This document shows positions 1 through 12,239 of a stretch of DNA of 60,000 nt, piece after piece; position 1 is the stretch's first letter, and each line of letters opens with the position of its first letter. This DNA is from Lytechinus pictus (taxonomy: Eukaryota). Position numbers and translations under genes: made by a program. Location: contig NC_087246.1 of NCBI RefSeq assembly GCF_037042905.1, forward strand, positions 7,938,001 through 7,998,000. The letters are read 5' to 3'. Below the pieces are notes generated by a model. The model was not told the DNA's origin and made no database searches. It worked only from the letters and a program-made list of their open reading frames with translations.

Positions 1-400
1 CCCAACATGGTCTAAGTTCATTGACCCTAAATGACCTTTGACCTTTGTCATGTGACCTGAAAATCAGGCATGATGTTCGGTAATACTTGATTACCCTTAT
101 GTCAAGGTTTCATGAATCAGATCCATTAACATTCGAAGTTATGATGGTAATTCAACAGATACCCCCATTATGGCCAAAGTTCATTGACCTTTGACCTTGG
201 TCATGTGACCTGAAATGCGCACAGGATGTTCAGTGATACTTGATTACTCTTATGTCCAAGTCTTATGAACTAGACCAATAAACTTTCTAAGTTATGATGA
301 CATCTCAAAAACTTAACCTTGGTTAATATTTCAATGTTGACGACGCCGCCGCCGTCGGAAAAGCGGCGCCTATAGTCTCGCTCTGCTATGCAGGCGAGAA
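1..400. mobile_element. HINE/Helentron-like non-autonomous element with TGACCTTTGACC internal repeats (partial)
   Basis: Same terminus (GCGGCGCCTATAGTCTCGCTCTGCTATGCAGGCGAGA) and internal repeats as the copy at 6361-7534. Confidence 0.7.
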
Positions 401-913
401 ATACACAATATCGAAAATAATTTGAATATCATCCGTTTAAGATCGTAGATTGGTTCTCTTTTTTCGCCTTTTGTACTTTTTTTGTGTAATAATTCATCGT
501 TTTTTCTATTTACGATATGTATTGTTCTTTTTTTTTATTCATTTATAAATTATGTTCATTTTATACAGACTTGCCGAAAAACAACCTTGTTTATCATGGG
601 TAAGCAATTTTTTTTCTCCTTATCTCATGCTTCGCCACTGGATCCGCATGGCTACGTCAATGATCGCCGCTGTCCGAAACTGTGTTTAAGTTTCTGTGAG
701 ACTGCGCCACTAACATTAATGTTCCGCCGATATTACTTTGCTCTATATTGCCAAATGCTCTGCCGACAACTACCTCCGATAATACGATAATTCCTCCGCC
801 AGCAATTACGCCGAGAAAAAAAGGGGAAAGAATGAATACGAAAGAATATACTCAAAAATAGATATTTTGGTCGAATGACCACGTTTAATTCATTTGGCAA
901 AATGATTTTACCT

Positions 914-1465
914 TTAAAGGGATAGTCCGGGCTGAAATAAATAGAGTAGAATTCACTGAGCAAAATGCCGAAAATTTCATGAAAATCGGATAATAAATAA
1001 CAAAGTTATTGAATTTTAAAGTTCAGCAATATTTGGTGAAAACAGTCGTCATGAATATTCATTAGATGGGCTGATGATGTCACATCCCCACTTGTTCTTT
1101 TGTATTTTATTATATGAAATTAGGTTTATTAAAAAAAAATTCCTCCAAGAACTAAAAAAATAGATTGACAACTGTTTTAGTGCATTAGATATTTATTGCT
1201 GCAACTTATTTCACTATAAGGGAGACATATTATTCACACAAGTATATGAAATAATGAAAAAATTATGATTTTATGTAATAACAAAAGAAAACGGAAAGTG
1301 GGGATGTGACATCATCAGCGCACCTAATGAATATTCATGACGACTGTTTTCACAAAATATTGCTAAACTTTAAACTTCATTAACTTTATTATTTGTTATT
1401 CAATTTTGATGAAATTGTCGGCATTTTGCTCAGTGAATTCTACTCTTTGTATTAAGATATAAATA
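914..1465. mobile_element. TTAA-flanked (Kolobok-like) MITE, right terminus missing
   Basis: Starts TTAAAGGGATAGTCCGGGCTG with fold-back internal arms. Homologous to the complete copy at 22205-22799. Confidence 0.8.
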
Positions 1466-2560
1466 TAGGGTCCATGTGCTCGTTTTTAAACTATCAGAGT
1501 CCAAAGTGTTGCAAGTTGGCTTGAAAATATTGAAATCCACCTAAATGCTCCGAAAACGTGCACAAGTCTAATAATACCGTCTAAAATGCGAATGGTCCGT
1601 AGTGTTGCTCCCTAATTCAAAATCCATGTCAATTTCATCATACTCTCTAGATTTGTAGAGGAATATATTCTAAAGGCATTAAAATATTAAAAATATGGGG
1701 TCCATGTGCTCGTTTTTAAACTATCAGAGTCCAAAGTGTTGCGAGTTGGCTTGAAAATATTAAAATCCACCTAAAGTGCGCCGAAAACAAGCAAAAAGTA
1801 TGATAATACCGTCTAAAATGCAAATGGTTTCATTTTTCGTTACCAAACGTTCAAAATCCATGTCATTTTCATCATACTCTCTAGATTTGCAGAAAAATAT
1901 ATTCTGATGACGTTAAAATATTAAATATATGGGGTCAATGTGCTCGTTTTTTAACTATCAGTGTCCAAAATGTTGCAAGTTGGCTTGAAACAGCCCCAAA
2001 TGCGCCGAAAACAAGCAAAAGTATCATAATACCGTCCGAAATGACTAAAATACGAATGATTCCTTAGTGCTGCTCCCAAACACTCAAAATCCATGTCATT
2101 TTCATCATACTCTCTAGATTTGCAGAGAAATATATTCTGATGACGTTAAAATATTAAAAACATGGGGTCCATGTGCTCGTTTTTAGACTATCAGTGTCTA
2201 AACTGTTGCGAGTTGGCTTGTATATAACAGCCCAAAAATGCGCCGAAAACAAAAGTCTGATAATACCGTCCAAAATGTCTAAAATACGAATGGTTTCGTA
2301 GTTCTGCTCCCAAACATTCAAAATCCATGTCATTTTCATCATACTCTCTAGATTAGTAGAGGAATATATTCTGAAGAAGACATTTAAACTATGGGGTCCA
2401 TGTGCTCGTTTTCAAATTATCAGTGTCCAAATATTGCGAGTTGGCTTAAAACAGCCAAAAATGCGCCGAAAACAAGCAAAAGTCTGTTAATACCGGTTAA
2501 ACTGCAAATGGTTCCGTAGTCTTGCTCCCAAACATTGAAAATCCATGTTATTTTCATCAT
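1466..2560. repeat. Tandem array of ~230-bp units (about 5 copies)
   Basis: GGGTCCATGTGCTCGTTTT recurs at about 1468, 1698, 1932, 2165 and 2394. Confidence 0.9.
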
Positions 2561-3398
2561 ACTTTGCACATAGATACTTTAGCACCTGAATATTCCAAAT
2601 ATGCAAAAATTAACATGGGTCCATGTGCTTGATTTTTCGCTATAGAGCTTCAAAGTTACCCAAAATGGATGATGTTCTTAAGAATTGCGCATCCAAAAGA
2701 ATTTGGCATTTTAGACCTCACAAGAGAACAACAATGAGTTTAAAGCCCTATTACTCAGTCAAAATCCATGAAAATGTCATCAAATTTTGCAATATGATTA
2801 ATAATTGTATCTGTAAGATGGATAATCTATCTTTATTGCTGTCAATTGTTTGCTCATTTAAGTCTAACAACACTCTCAGTTCTTAGAAATTGCGGGAAAG
2901 ATACTCAACCTCAAAAATTTCAATAACAAACTTGAGAAGTAAAAATGCTGCACTTTATTCAAAACCCATGTCATTTTCACCAAACTTTGCAAAGTTGTAG
3001 AGGAAAGTATACCTAAGAGGGGCAAACATTAAAAAATATGGGTTTCTATGCTTGTTTTAAAACTATCAGCACTCTTATTAGAGAAAATTTGCTTCTTAAA
3101 ACACCCGAAAATGCGCCAAAAGCGGTATCTATGTGAGGGAAAATTCCGAACCACCTTTCCATTTATTCAAAACTCGGGGTCATATTCATCATACTTTGCA
3201 GCACTACAGAGAAACTATTTTGACATTGTAGAGGAATAAAAACAATGGTCCATGGAATAATTCCAGTTTATTAGCTTCAGAAAATAACACATCAGTCTGC
3301 AGTTAGTGCATGAAGGTAAGGAGAAAAATCAGCTCACAATACCTACAGCTGATTAAATCGCCAGTTCATCCATTGTGACGTCAGCGCGCAGAGTGTAA

Positions 3399-4334
3399 GG
3401 ACGTTCCACAGTTATGTTTGTGCGCATTATGATCTGCGCATAGTTTACACTCTGCGCGCTGACGTCACAATGGATGAATAGGTGGTTAATTAGCTGCGGG
3501 TATGAGCTGATTTTTCTCATCTTCTGCACTTTAACTGCAGATCCGATGCGTTATTTCATGAAGCTAAAAAATTGAATTATTCCATGGACCATTCAAAAAA
3601 AAATTCTACAATTTCAAAATACTTTACTCTGCATTGCTGCCAAGAATCACGAATATTACCCCAAGTTTGAATAAATGGTAGAGTGATTTTGATTTTTTCT
3701 TCACATAGATACAAAGCATTCGGCGCATTTTTGGTGTTTTAAAAAGCACATTTGCTCTTATATAAATGCTGATAGTTTAAAAACAAGCACATGAACCCCT
3801 ATTTTTTAATGTTTGTACCTCTTAGATATACTTTCCTCTACAATTCTGCAAATTTTTGTGTAAATGACATGGATTTTGAATAAAGTGCAGCATTTATTGT
3901 ACGTTTGTAGTTTGTTACTGAAATTTTACATTTTTTAGATTGGGAATTTGTTATCTTTTACGCCATTTTTAAGAACTGACAGTGCTGTTAAACTTAAAAT
4001 TGCAAACAAATAACACTATAAATAGATTCTCCATTCTAACGATACAATTATTAACTCTCTTGCGAAATTTGATGACTTTTTCATGTATTTTGACTGAGTA
4101 ATAGAGGTTTAAACTCATTGTAGTAATCTTGGGCGGTCTAAAAATGCCAAATTCTTTTGAATGCGCAATTCTTATAAGAACATCAATTTGGGTGAACTTT
4201 GAAGCTCTATAGCAAAAAATCAAGCACATGGACCTATGTTAATTTTTGCATATTTCGAATATTAAGGTTCTAAAGTATCTTTGTGCAAAGTTTGGTGAAA
4301 ATGACATGGATTTCACTTTAACTGTGGAACGTCC
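3399..4334. mobile_element. Non-autonomous DNA element with a 16-bp TIR, forming the right arm of a large palindrome
   Basis: GGACGTTCCACAGTTA (3399-3414) and TAACTGTGGAACGTCC (4319-4334), flanked by GTAA and TTAA. The body is an inverted copy of 2540-3398. Confidence 0.8.
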
Positions 4335-5105
4335 TTAAGAGAGAAGTTGTAAACATCATGCTCAATAAACAGATCACTTTGTACATGGTCCAGACAATTT
4401 TTGTCATTTTTCTTTCGTATGAGTTTTAAATAGGCTTACTTTTGTAACACAAATTGAATTTTCAAAAAAATTATATAAGTACAGTACACTGCAACAATGA
4501 AGGAATTTCCAAGCACACCATGCATATCAACCACTCCCAAATGTCCTAACTTGTTATTTTAGTGGGGGTAATGTTGAAAGATCCCCATCCATAAGAACAT
4601 TTGTGTCAATCATCCCCCCCAACCAAGAATACCAATCGACACCCATGCATATTTTAATTGTTAACCCTCGATTACATGAGTGCTAGGCCTATGCAAGCAT
4701 GATATGTCAACTCATCAAAAAAAAATTGGCCTATACATGTATAACCCCCAACCAAACCCATCCAATGTTTATCAGCAATTGGTAAAAATAAACAAATTGA
4801 TTATTTTTTCGAAGGGTGATCAGGAGTCTGGGAGTTAACTAAAACCTCATTGAGACATTATCGTCCTTTGCATTCTTACATCGTTATCACTTATGTTCAA
4901 TTACAGTCTGCTTTATTTAATTGTAAATTGGCCCATAAATAAGTAAGAACACAATATGCAAAAACATCAATCAGAAGTGATCCACTGAAAACCATGGTCA
5001 TAATAGCAAGAGCAGAGTAACCAGAGCACATAAACAGTTCAGAAAAATCACAAATATTAGAGATCTCTCTCAACTGGGACACCCCTTCACCAACCGCCCC
5101 CATAT

Positions 5106-5270
5106 AGGTTCAAACAAAGAAAAAATATTAAAAACTCTGTGGACAATAAATTTTTGATGCATTATTTTGATGCAAGCTAATATTGTCATAACTTGAGAAA
5201 GCCCTAAGGCTGAACATTTGTTTAAAAATTATTATTCACAGAGTTTTCATACTTTTCTTTGTTTGAACCT
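5106..5270. repeat. Short fold-back element
   Basis: AGGTTCAAACAAAGAAAA...AAAACTCTGTG is inverted at CACAGAGTTTT...TTTTCTTTGTTTGAACCT. Confidence 0.7.
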
Positions 5271-5325
5271 TCATATAATCTCTGAGCATGTCATTTGACT
5301 TTATAATATATATAATATATATATA

Positions 5326-5799
5326 AAATATTAAGATAAAAGAGTTGCCAAAGCTGTTGTACATGTATAATTTCACACATTTGTATACTTTCTCCTATAC
5401 GTGTACTGTATCAAAGCAATATAGCTTTGATCCAGCTGAGGCATGGCGGCTTGTCATTGTTCAAAACCCACCTACACACGACAAAGGAAATTATAATTGG
5501 TATATATGTAGTGTCGAAAATCTGTCTATCTGACGGTCAATCAGATCGGGGTCGCCCTAGCCACTAACCCATCTCTGTGGTCTAGTGGTTAAGGCACCGG
5601 CATTCAAAGCTGGGGGCCCCGAGTTCGATTCCCGTCAGAGACATTTTTTCGGCATTACCAATTTTTCCTTAAAGGGCAGATAGCTCTGGAGAACCTTGAT
5701 TTAAGCTACGCCTACCATTGTTCTCTTCATCCATTTCTTTCACAAAATATTAAAATAAAAGAGTTGCCAAAGCTGTTGTACATGTATAATTTCACACAC
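5326..5799 (+). mobile_element. Direct-repeat-bounded element containing a tRNA-like Pol III unit
   Basis: ~54-bp direct repeats at 5326 and 5745 (AAAATATTAA.ATAAAAGAGTTGCCAAAGCTGTTGTACATGTATAATTTCACACA) with TA microsatellites on both sides. Confidence 0.7.
5572..5642 (+). pseudogene. tRNA-derived sequence (tRNA-Glu-like body; loop reads TCA at the anticodon position)
   Basis: A box TGGTCTAGTGG, B box GTTCGATTCC, stems TCTCTG/CAGAGA and CCGGC/GCTGG, followed by a T run. The T-stem has mismatches. Confidence 0.7.
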
Positions 5800-6360
5800 A
5801 TATATATATATATATAATACATATACATATATTAAGAAAAAGACACTATTGAAATATCATTAAACTCCACATACATGTAATACTAACGTGAACAGAAGTT
5901 CCAGAACCTCAAAATTTACCTACTCTTGACCAGGCCCCCTTCTTCACGAATACATTTCCATCTCACTATACACTTTGTGGATAGCATTTCACTAATAAAA
6001 CATGTAACTAGATGATAAAACACCTGAAAATGACAAGTCCTGTTTAATCATTGAAATTTATCACAGTAATTTAATGCTTCTCATAGCAAATTAAACCAAG
6101 GGAAGTTGACTGATCTGCTTGTCAGATAACAAATGTTCATGAAATGCTTACCTGGACATTATTTTTGGATTACGGTATTGCTGAATGAATTCATGTATGT
6201 CAGAAAATACAAGAAGATAAATTGTGATAAATAAATGGTTGGATGGACAGATGGATAAATATTTTAAGGAGTGATGGACTAATTGATGGATGAATATATG
6301 ATGAACTTGGAAAACAAAGTAAAAAAAGATGGCAATGTGTTAAAGCATCGAGTGAGTAAA

Positions 6361-7534
6361 ACAAGTGGAGCGCCATTGGCAGTCTCGCCTGCATTACGCG
6401 ATTCAATATAGCAGCAGTGCTGACTTTGATAAAATAATTATTCACAAAAAACACCATTCATAATAATACTATGTTCATTGACCTTAAATGACATTTGACC
6501 CTGAATGACATTTGACCTTAATGAAGTGACCCAAGACTAGTGCAAGATGAGCAATGATACTTCATTACCCATCGGTCAACATTTCATTAACTAAATCCAT
6601 ACACTTTCAATTGTGATGACAATTCGACAATTACCCCCAACATAGCCAAAGTTTATTGACCTTAAATGACCTTTGACCTTGGTCATGTGACTGAATACAC
6701 ATACAGGATGTTCAGTGATACATGATTACTCTTATGTCCAAGTTTTATGAACTACATGTAGCTCCACGAACATTCAAAGTTACGCTGGTAATTCAACATA
6801 TAACCCAAACATGGATAGAGTTGACTAAATGACCTTTGACCTGGGTCATGTGACCTAAAAATTCAGACATAATATTTATTGATACTTGAATACTCTTATG
6901 TCAAAGTTCTATGAACTACAGAAGCTCCATAAACATTCAAATTTACAATGGAAATTCAACAAATAACCCCAACAAGGATAATGATCATTGACCCTAAATG
7001 ACCTTTGACCTTGGTCATGTGACTGAAAACACATACAGGATGTTCAGTGATACATGATTACTCTTATGTCCAAGTTTTATGAACTACATGTAGCTCCATG
7101 AACATTCAAAGTTACGCTGGTAATTCAACATATAACCCCAACATGGATAGAGTTGACTAAATGACCTTTGACCTGGGTCATGTGACCTAAAAATTCAGAC
7201 ATAATATTTATTGATACTTGAATACTCTTATGTCAAAGTTTTATGACCTACAGAAGCTCCATAAACATTCAAATTTACAATGGAAATTCAATAAATAACC
7301 CCAACAAGGATAATGATCATTGACCCTAAATGACCTTTGACCTATGTCATGTGACCTGAGACTTAAGCAAGATGTTCAGTCATACTTCATTACCCTTATG
7401 TCCAAGTTTCATGAACTAGGTCCATATACTTTCTAAGTTATGATATGAGGTTAAGATTTGATGTTGACACCGCCACCACCGCCATAAAAAAGCGGCGCCT
7501 ATAGTCTCGCTCTGCTATGCAGTTGAGACAAAAA
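6361..7534. mobile_element. Full-length HINE/Helentron-like element with internal tandem repeats
   Basis: Begins ACAAG after an A run. Subterminal GTCTCGCCTGCA is inverted against the 3' TGCAG..GAGAC, and there is a terminal hairpin. Internal ~330-bp duplication (6664/6996) rich in TGACCTTTGACC. Confidence 0.7.
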
Positions 7535-7729
7535 TAGTTCACACCTTAAAAACTGCCAATTCAATGAACATCTTTGCCATGATTTCATTGCTAGAATTAT
7601 AACCTACATCAATTAAATCCTGTATGCTGATTGGTTTAAATAGCAATTTAGCATCATGTTACCAAACTTATTTTCACTATTTTGCGATGATGTCGAAAAT
7701 GAAACGCACACCAAAGAAATTGTGCTATT

Positions 7730-8152
7730 CCGTGACGTCAATGATGGAATAGTCAACTATTCCATCATTAACGTCACAGATCATGATGGCGCAAGCACTA
7801 ATACGCGTTCCGTGCACTGAGCGCGTAGCTAAGCGCTTCAGGAAAAGTAGGTCAGTCAGCGCAGCTGGTTTGGTTCAGACCAACGAACGTAGAGGGCAGC
7901 AACACACAAGTGTTGCTGCCCTCTACGTTCGTTGGTTCATACTAAAAAAAGGATGAACTAAGAGTACAAAAACTAGATTATCAAGATCTATTGCTCTAAC
8001 TTATTAAAGTAGGATATAAAACAGATATACAAGGCATTTATTTCGAAAGTATAGAGGGAATTATTCATCCTCGGTTGTACTGGCATAATCACTATTTTTC
8101 TCGGGAAAAAATAGTAATGCCAGTCCAACCCCGGATGAATAATTCCCACTAT
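7730..8152. repeat. Cluster of three hairpins, probably from a MITE-type repeat
   Basis: Inverted repeats at about 7734-7775, 7879-7936 (perfect 27-bp stem) and 8051-8150. Confidence 0.75.
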
Positions 8153-8689
8153 ACTTACTCAAAGCCTGGTATATTTGTATAATATGTCCTGGGACTGTGG
8201 GAGAGTATTATCTATCAAATGATTTTCTTCAATTTTTATTTGGTATATGTTGATGCTTGGATAATCAGGATGTATTTTTTTTTTAATGTGTGAACACACA
8301 TCCTGGTTCCTACTATGTATTATTATTATCAAATATCAATGTAACATATATTCTGTCAATTTATTTTTTGATATGCATGGTGAAAAATAAAACAAACAAA
8401 CAAAATGCGCTGTCCTGTCTTAAACAACCTCATCAGCCGCTCAGCAAAAAAAAATTAAGAGTCCACGAAATAACCTAAAATCTTAATTCGAAGATAAGGT
8501 ACTTTAGAATTCCTAAATTTCCAGAAAATCAAGATTTTGACCCTGAATTTATGATCTCATCATTACCAACGATGTGGTATTAATACAAATAATTCATAAT
8601 GGTAATAATGGCAGTATAACAGTAATTAAATGCAACATGAATTCTATAACATAATGCAATGTTTAAAAGCACAGCATATCATTATCCTG

Positions 8690-8880
8690 GATTTTTTCAT
8701 GGCTACCCTACTCGGGTGCTTGAGCATTTATGGAATTCCTTCTAACTAGGTGCCTACCACTTACTACACCAGGGTGGACAGTGGCAGATGTATGCCTTGT
8801 GAAAGGATGCAGGTGCTGCAATGGGATTTGAACCCTGGATCTTGTGGTTCAGAGCCCAGAGACTAATTCAATAAGGCAAA
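8690..8880 (-). mobile_element. Degenerate tRNA-derived SINE
   Basis: Minus-strand B-box-like GGTTCAAATCCC with an upstream tRNA-like head and a typical SINE core (CACAAGGCA...TCCACCCTGGTG...TAGGCACC). Confidence 0.5.
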
Positions 8881-9181
8881 ACACCTATCACTTGCCCTTC
8901 AAAGAATTTTGACAGGTGATACATGTAGGTCCTTTGATAGGGAATGGGCCCAACATTTCCCCCACAAAATAAATAAGATATATAAATATAGAAATAAGTA
9001 TACAAATGAACAAAATAATTATTAAATGAAATACAAAAAAGGAGAGAAAACACTGTATGATTGTACCGTATTCTGAGGAATAGGCTGTTCCATTGTGATT
9101 CCTGTGAGATTAGCGATTTGTGTTGGAAGGGACTTTTTCCTGGATCTGTAAGCACAACTTGCCATGGCTCTGCAAAGAAAT

Positions 9182-10003
9182 ACAAGGCAAAAGCGATTTT
9201 GTGTCTCGCCCACTTATGAAAATTAACCAGAAATATCGTGATTTGCGAGGGCACGCAACAGAATTGTATCAAAACTTCATTGTGAAATGACTGGGATGGA
9301 ATAACACTTGTCATAAGAGCCTTGCATGTGAACTTTAATGTTGACCTGAAAATGACCTTTGACCTAACCATGTGACCTCCGACTGCAGCATAATATGCAG
9401 GTCCCCCAAGTCCATCTACCATCCAAGTTTGGTTGAAAAGTGACTTACGGTTGTGGAGTTAGGTGTCATAAGAGTTTGCATGTAAACTTTAACGTTGACC
9501 TGAAAATGACCTTTGACCTTACCATGTGACCTCCGACTGCAGCATAATGTGCAGGTCCCCCAGTCCATCTACCATCCAATTTTTTTTTTAAAGTGACTTA
9601 CGGTTGCGGAGTTACGTGTCATAAGAGAGTCTTGCATGTAAACTTTAACGTTGACCTGAAAATGACCTTTGACCTTACCATGTGACCTCCGACTGCAGCA
9701 TAAGAAGCAGGTCCCCCAAGTCCATCTACCATCCAAGTTTGGTTGAAAAGTGACTCATGGTTGCGGAGTTAGGTGTCATAAGAGTCTTGCATGTAAACTT
9801 TAACGTTGACCTGAAAATGACCTTTGACCTTACCATGTGACCTCTGACTGCAGCATAACATGCAGGTCCCCCAAGTCCATCTACCATCGAAGTTTGGTTG
9901 AAAAGCGACTTACGGTTGTGGAGTTGTGTCATAAGGTTTGTGACGGACGGACAACATTTGGATCCCAAAGTCTCGCCTTCACCTCTGGTGGGCGAGACAA
10001 TAA
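9182..10003. mobile_element. Second HINE-like family with four ~155-bp internal tandem units
   Basis: ACAAG start; subterminal GTCTCGCCCAC (9203) vs GTGGGCGAGAC (9988); terminal hairpin GTCTCGCC...GGCGAGAC. Units start at about 9311, 9466, 9619 and 9776. Confidence 0.72.
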
Positions 10004-10621
10004 ATCTCAGGAATAAAGCTAGATGTCGAGGAAAAATGTTGAAATGTATTCAATTGGTAAGTTTTGTGAAATGGTGCATTTCCTATGAGTTAGTAGAACA
10101 TGTATATAATGTACCTTTACCATCCTACCCAAAAAAAAATAGTCAGTAATCAATGACATTTTTTAGTATTGCAAAAATAGTAATAATTTAAACATTGCAA
10201 CAACAACAAAAAAATTAATATGATCAGAAATCTACAAACTACGATATAGGCAAAGAGAAAAAATAAAGAACAAAAAGCAGTGCACCCTACCTAATTCTAA
10301 ATATCTAAAATTCTTCATAATATTTCCTGTCAGAAAAGGTATATACATGTACCTAAGTTTGATTAAGTTACTATATTTCAAGTTATGACCATTTTCATAC
10401 CAATAATAGGGGTGCCAGATTATTAGATTTGGGTGACTTAACAAAAATGGGGAAGTTCAAAAGTCGCACCAAAGCCAGAAAAAAAGGTACATACTTTCAA
10501 TCATGGATGCATGAAGAGAGTATTTCATTTATTAGTGTGGGGATAATATAAGAATACTTGAGATCTTGACTAAACTTTCTGCCTCTGAGTCTGAATATAA
10601 ACAAGTATATAAGATCTAACG

Positions 10622-11016
10622 TTAAAGATAAATATCAGTTGTGGTAACGATCTCAAAATGAGTTCAAACAGAATCCGATGAAATTACAATCAAAGCGTTT
10701 GTATGTATGAATAAAAAATATGTGCCAAATAGCTCTGGAAAAAAATGTGTAACTGCTGAGAAATGACCAAAATAAGCACAGAATTCCATCAAATGTCTGG
10801 TATTTTTCGAAGCAATATTAATACACTGTCCCACATATACTTTTCTGAGTTAGCGATCATCAGAATTATCAATCTCGAGCTAAGATTTCATGATTTTACA
10901 AAGATAAGTTTACATTAATGTATCAGATCTAGATGTATGATATCTTGACAATTAACCTTGACTAAAAAGACTTTCTCATGAAATTGTTTGCTGCAACTAC
11001 TGTCTATTAACTTTAA
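10622..11016 (+). mobile_element. TTAA-flanked non-autonomous element (copy 1)
   Basis: TTAAAG...CTTTAA ends; reverse-complement homologue of 11839-12239. Confidence 0.8.
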
Positions 11017-11341
11017 CTAGAGGACCCCTCTCCCCCAAAACCATGCCCGCAGGCGGCAGTCACAACTTTGTCCAGGGGGGGGCACTTCCAATCATTGTCA
11101 AGTGGATACCATGCACGTCCATGAGGTTTCGAAAAGCACCCTAAACAAGTTTTTCCATGTTCTGAAAATGCACCCCTAAACAAGTATTGGCGTGTGGAAC
11201 GGTGGAACCTACCCTTAAAAAGTATTGGAAACAAAACAGTACCTTGGCCTTGACAAGTATTCCCTTTTTTTCCATTCTTTTTTCTAATATGTTGTACATG
11301 TATGCTCATTTGAGTATAATAGTATAATGTAGTCATGGACG

Positions 11342-11744
11342 CAGTGGCAGATTCAGGGGGAGGCACTTCGGCCCATGTCTCCCCTAAAGAGAGTCATACC
11401 GGTACCGCGTAGTCAATATTTTTAATGTAAATATGCCGTTCATACACAACCCCCACCCCCCCCCCTTTGAGAGTAGCAGCAAATATATTTATACGAATAT
11501 GCCATACATACACAAGAATTGCTTGTCAAAATTGACTAAGGAAAGTGCCCCCCCCCCCTTTGGGAGTCAGAGTCAATATTTTTAATGTAAATATGCCGTT
11601 CTTACACAAGTGTGCCCTCCTTTTGAGAGTGGCAGCAAATATTTTTTAATTGGAATATGCCGCACATACACAAGTTTTGCTTGTCAAAATTTACTCAGGA
11701 AAATGTGCCCCCGTCCCCTTTGAAAAATCCTGGATCCACCCCTG
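11342..11744. mobile_element. hAT-like MITE (CAG...CTG)
   Basis: CAGTGGCAGATTCAGG / CCTGGATCCACCCCTG termini; imperfect 8-bp TSD CATGGACG/CACGGACT. Confidence 0.7.
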
Positions 11745-11838
11745 CACGGACTAGCACATGACCACGCAAGTCAACTTTACCTCTTATTACATTGGGTCCA
11801 GTACTGCCCCACCTCCCACACCTTGCTCAAATCGACCC

Positions 11839-12239
11839 TTAAAGAGAAATTCCAGTAGTTGCAGTAAACACTGATTTCATGAGAAAGTATGTAAAACAAG
11901 GCTTAATTGTCAGTATATCATCGAGGATCTAGATCTGGTACAGTTACATAAACTGAACTTTGTGAAATCTTGAAATCTACGCTAAAAATGTTCACGCTGA
12001 AGATCACCAACACAGATAGGCACACGTGGGACAGTGTATTATTATTGCTAAAATAAAGACCCGACGGAAGTGACCGAATCCGCGCTTATTTTGCTTATTT
12101 CTCAGCAATTACACAATTTCTTCTAGAATCCTTTGGCACATATTTTTTATTCATACAAACAGACACTTAGGTGGTCATTATATTAGATTCTGTAAAAAGT
12201 AATATTTAGATCATTACCAAAACTGGAATTTATCTTTAA
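11839..12239 (-). mobile_element. TTAA-flanked non-autonomous element (copy 2, inverted), nested in a MITE
   Basis: TTAAAGAGAAATTCCAGT...ACTGGAATTTATCTTTAA; interrupts a copy of the 14934-15490 family. Confidence 0.8.

Noticed and set aside
2623..4229. Paralogous small proteins (ORFs 2623..2886 and 3969..4229; likewise 8868/9726 and 29197/29427)
   Set aside because: The similarity arises from inverted or tandem DNA repeats, with no recognisable domain.
5420..5550. Hammerhead ribozyme in the direct-repeat element
   Set aside because: CTGAGG and GAAA-like words are present, but I could not build the CUGANGA core with consistent stems.
5572..5642. Functional tRNA-Sec or opal suppressor gene
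   Set aside because: It lacks the long variable arm and extended acceptor stem of tRNA-Sec, has T-stem mismatches and a purine at position 32, and is embedded in a repeat.
10622..12239. Composite transposon bounded by inverted TTAA elements
   Set aside because: The copies are diverged, and the second is independently nested within a MITE that continues beyond it.
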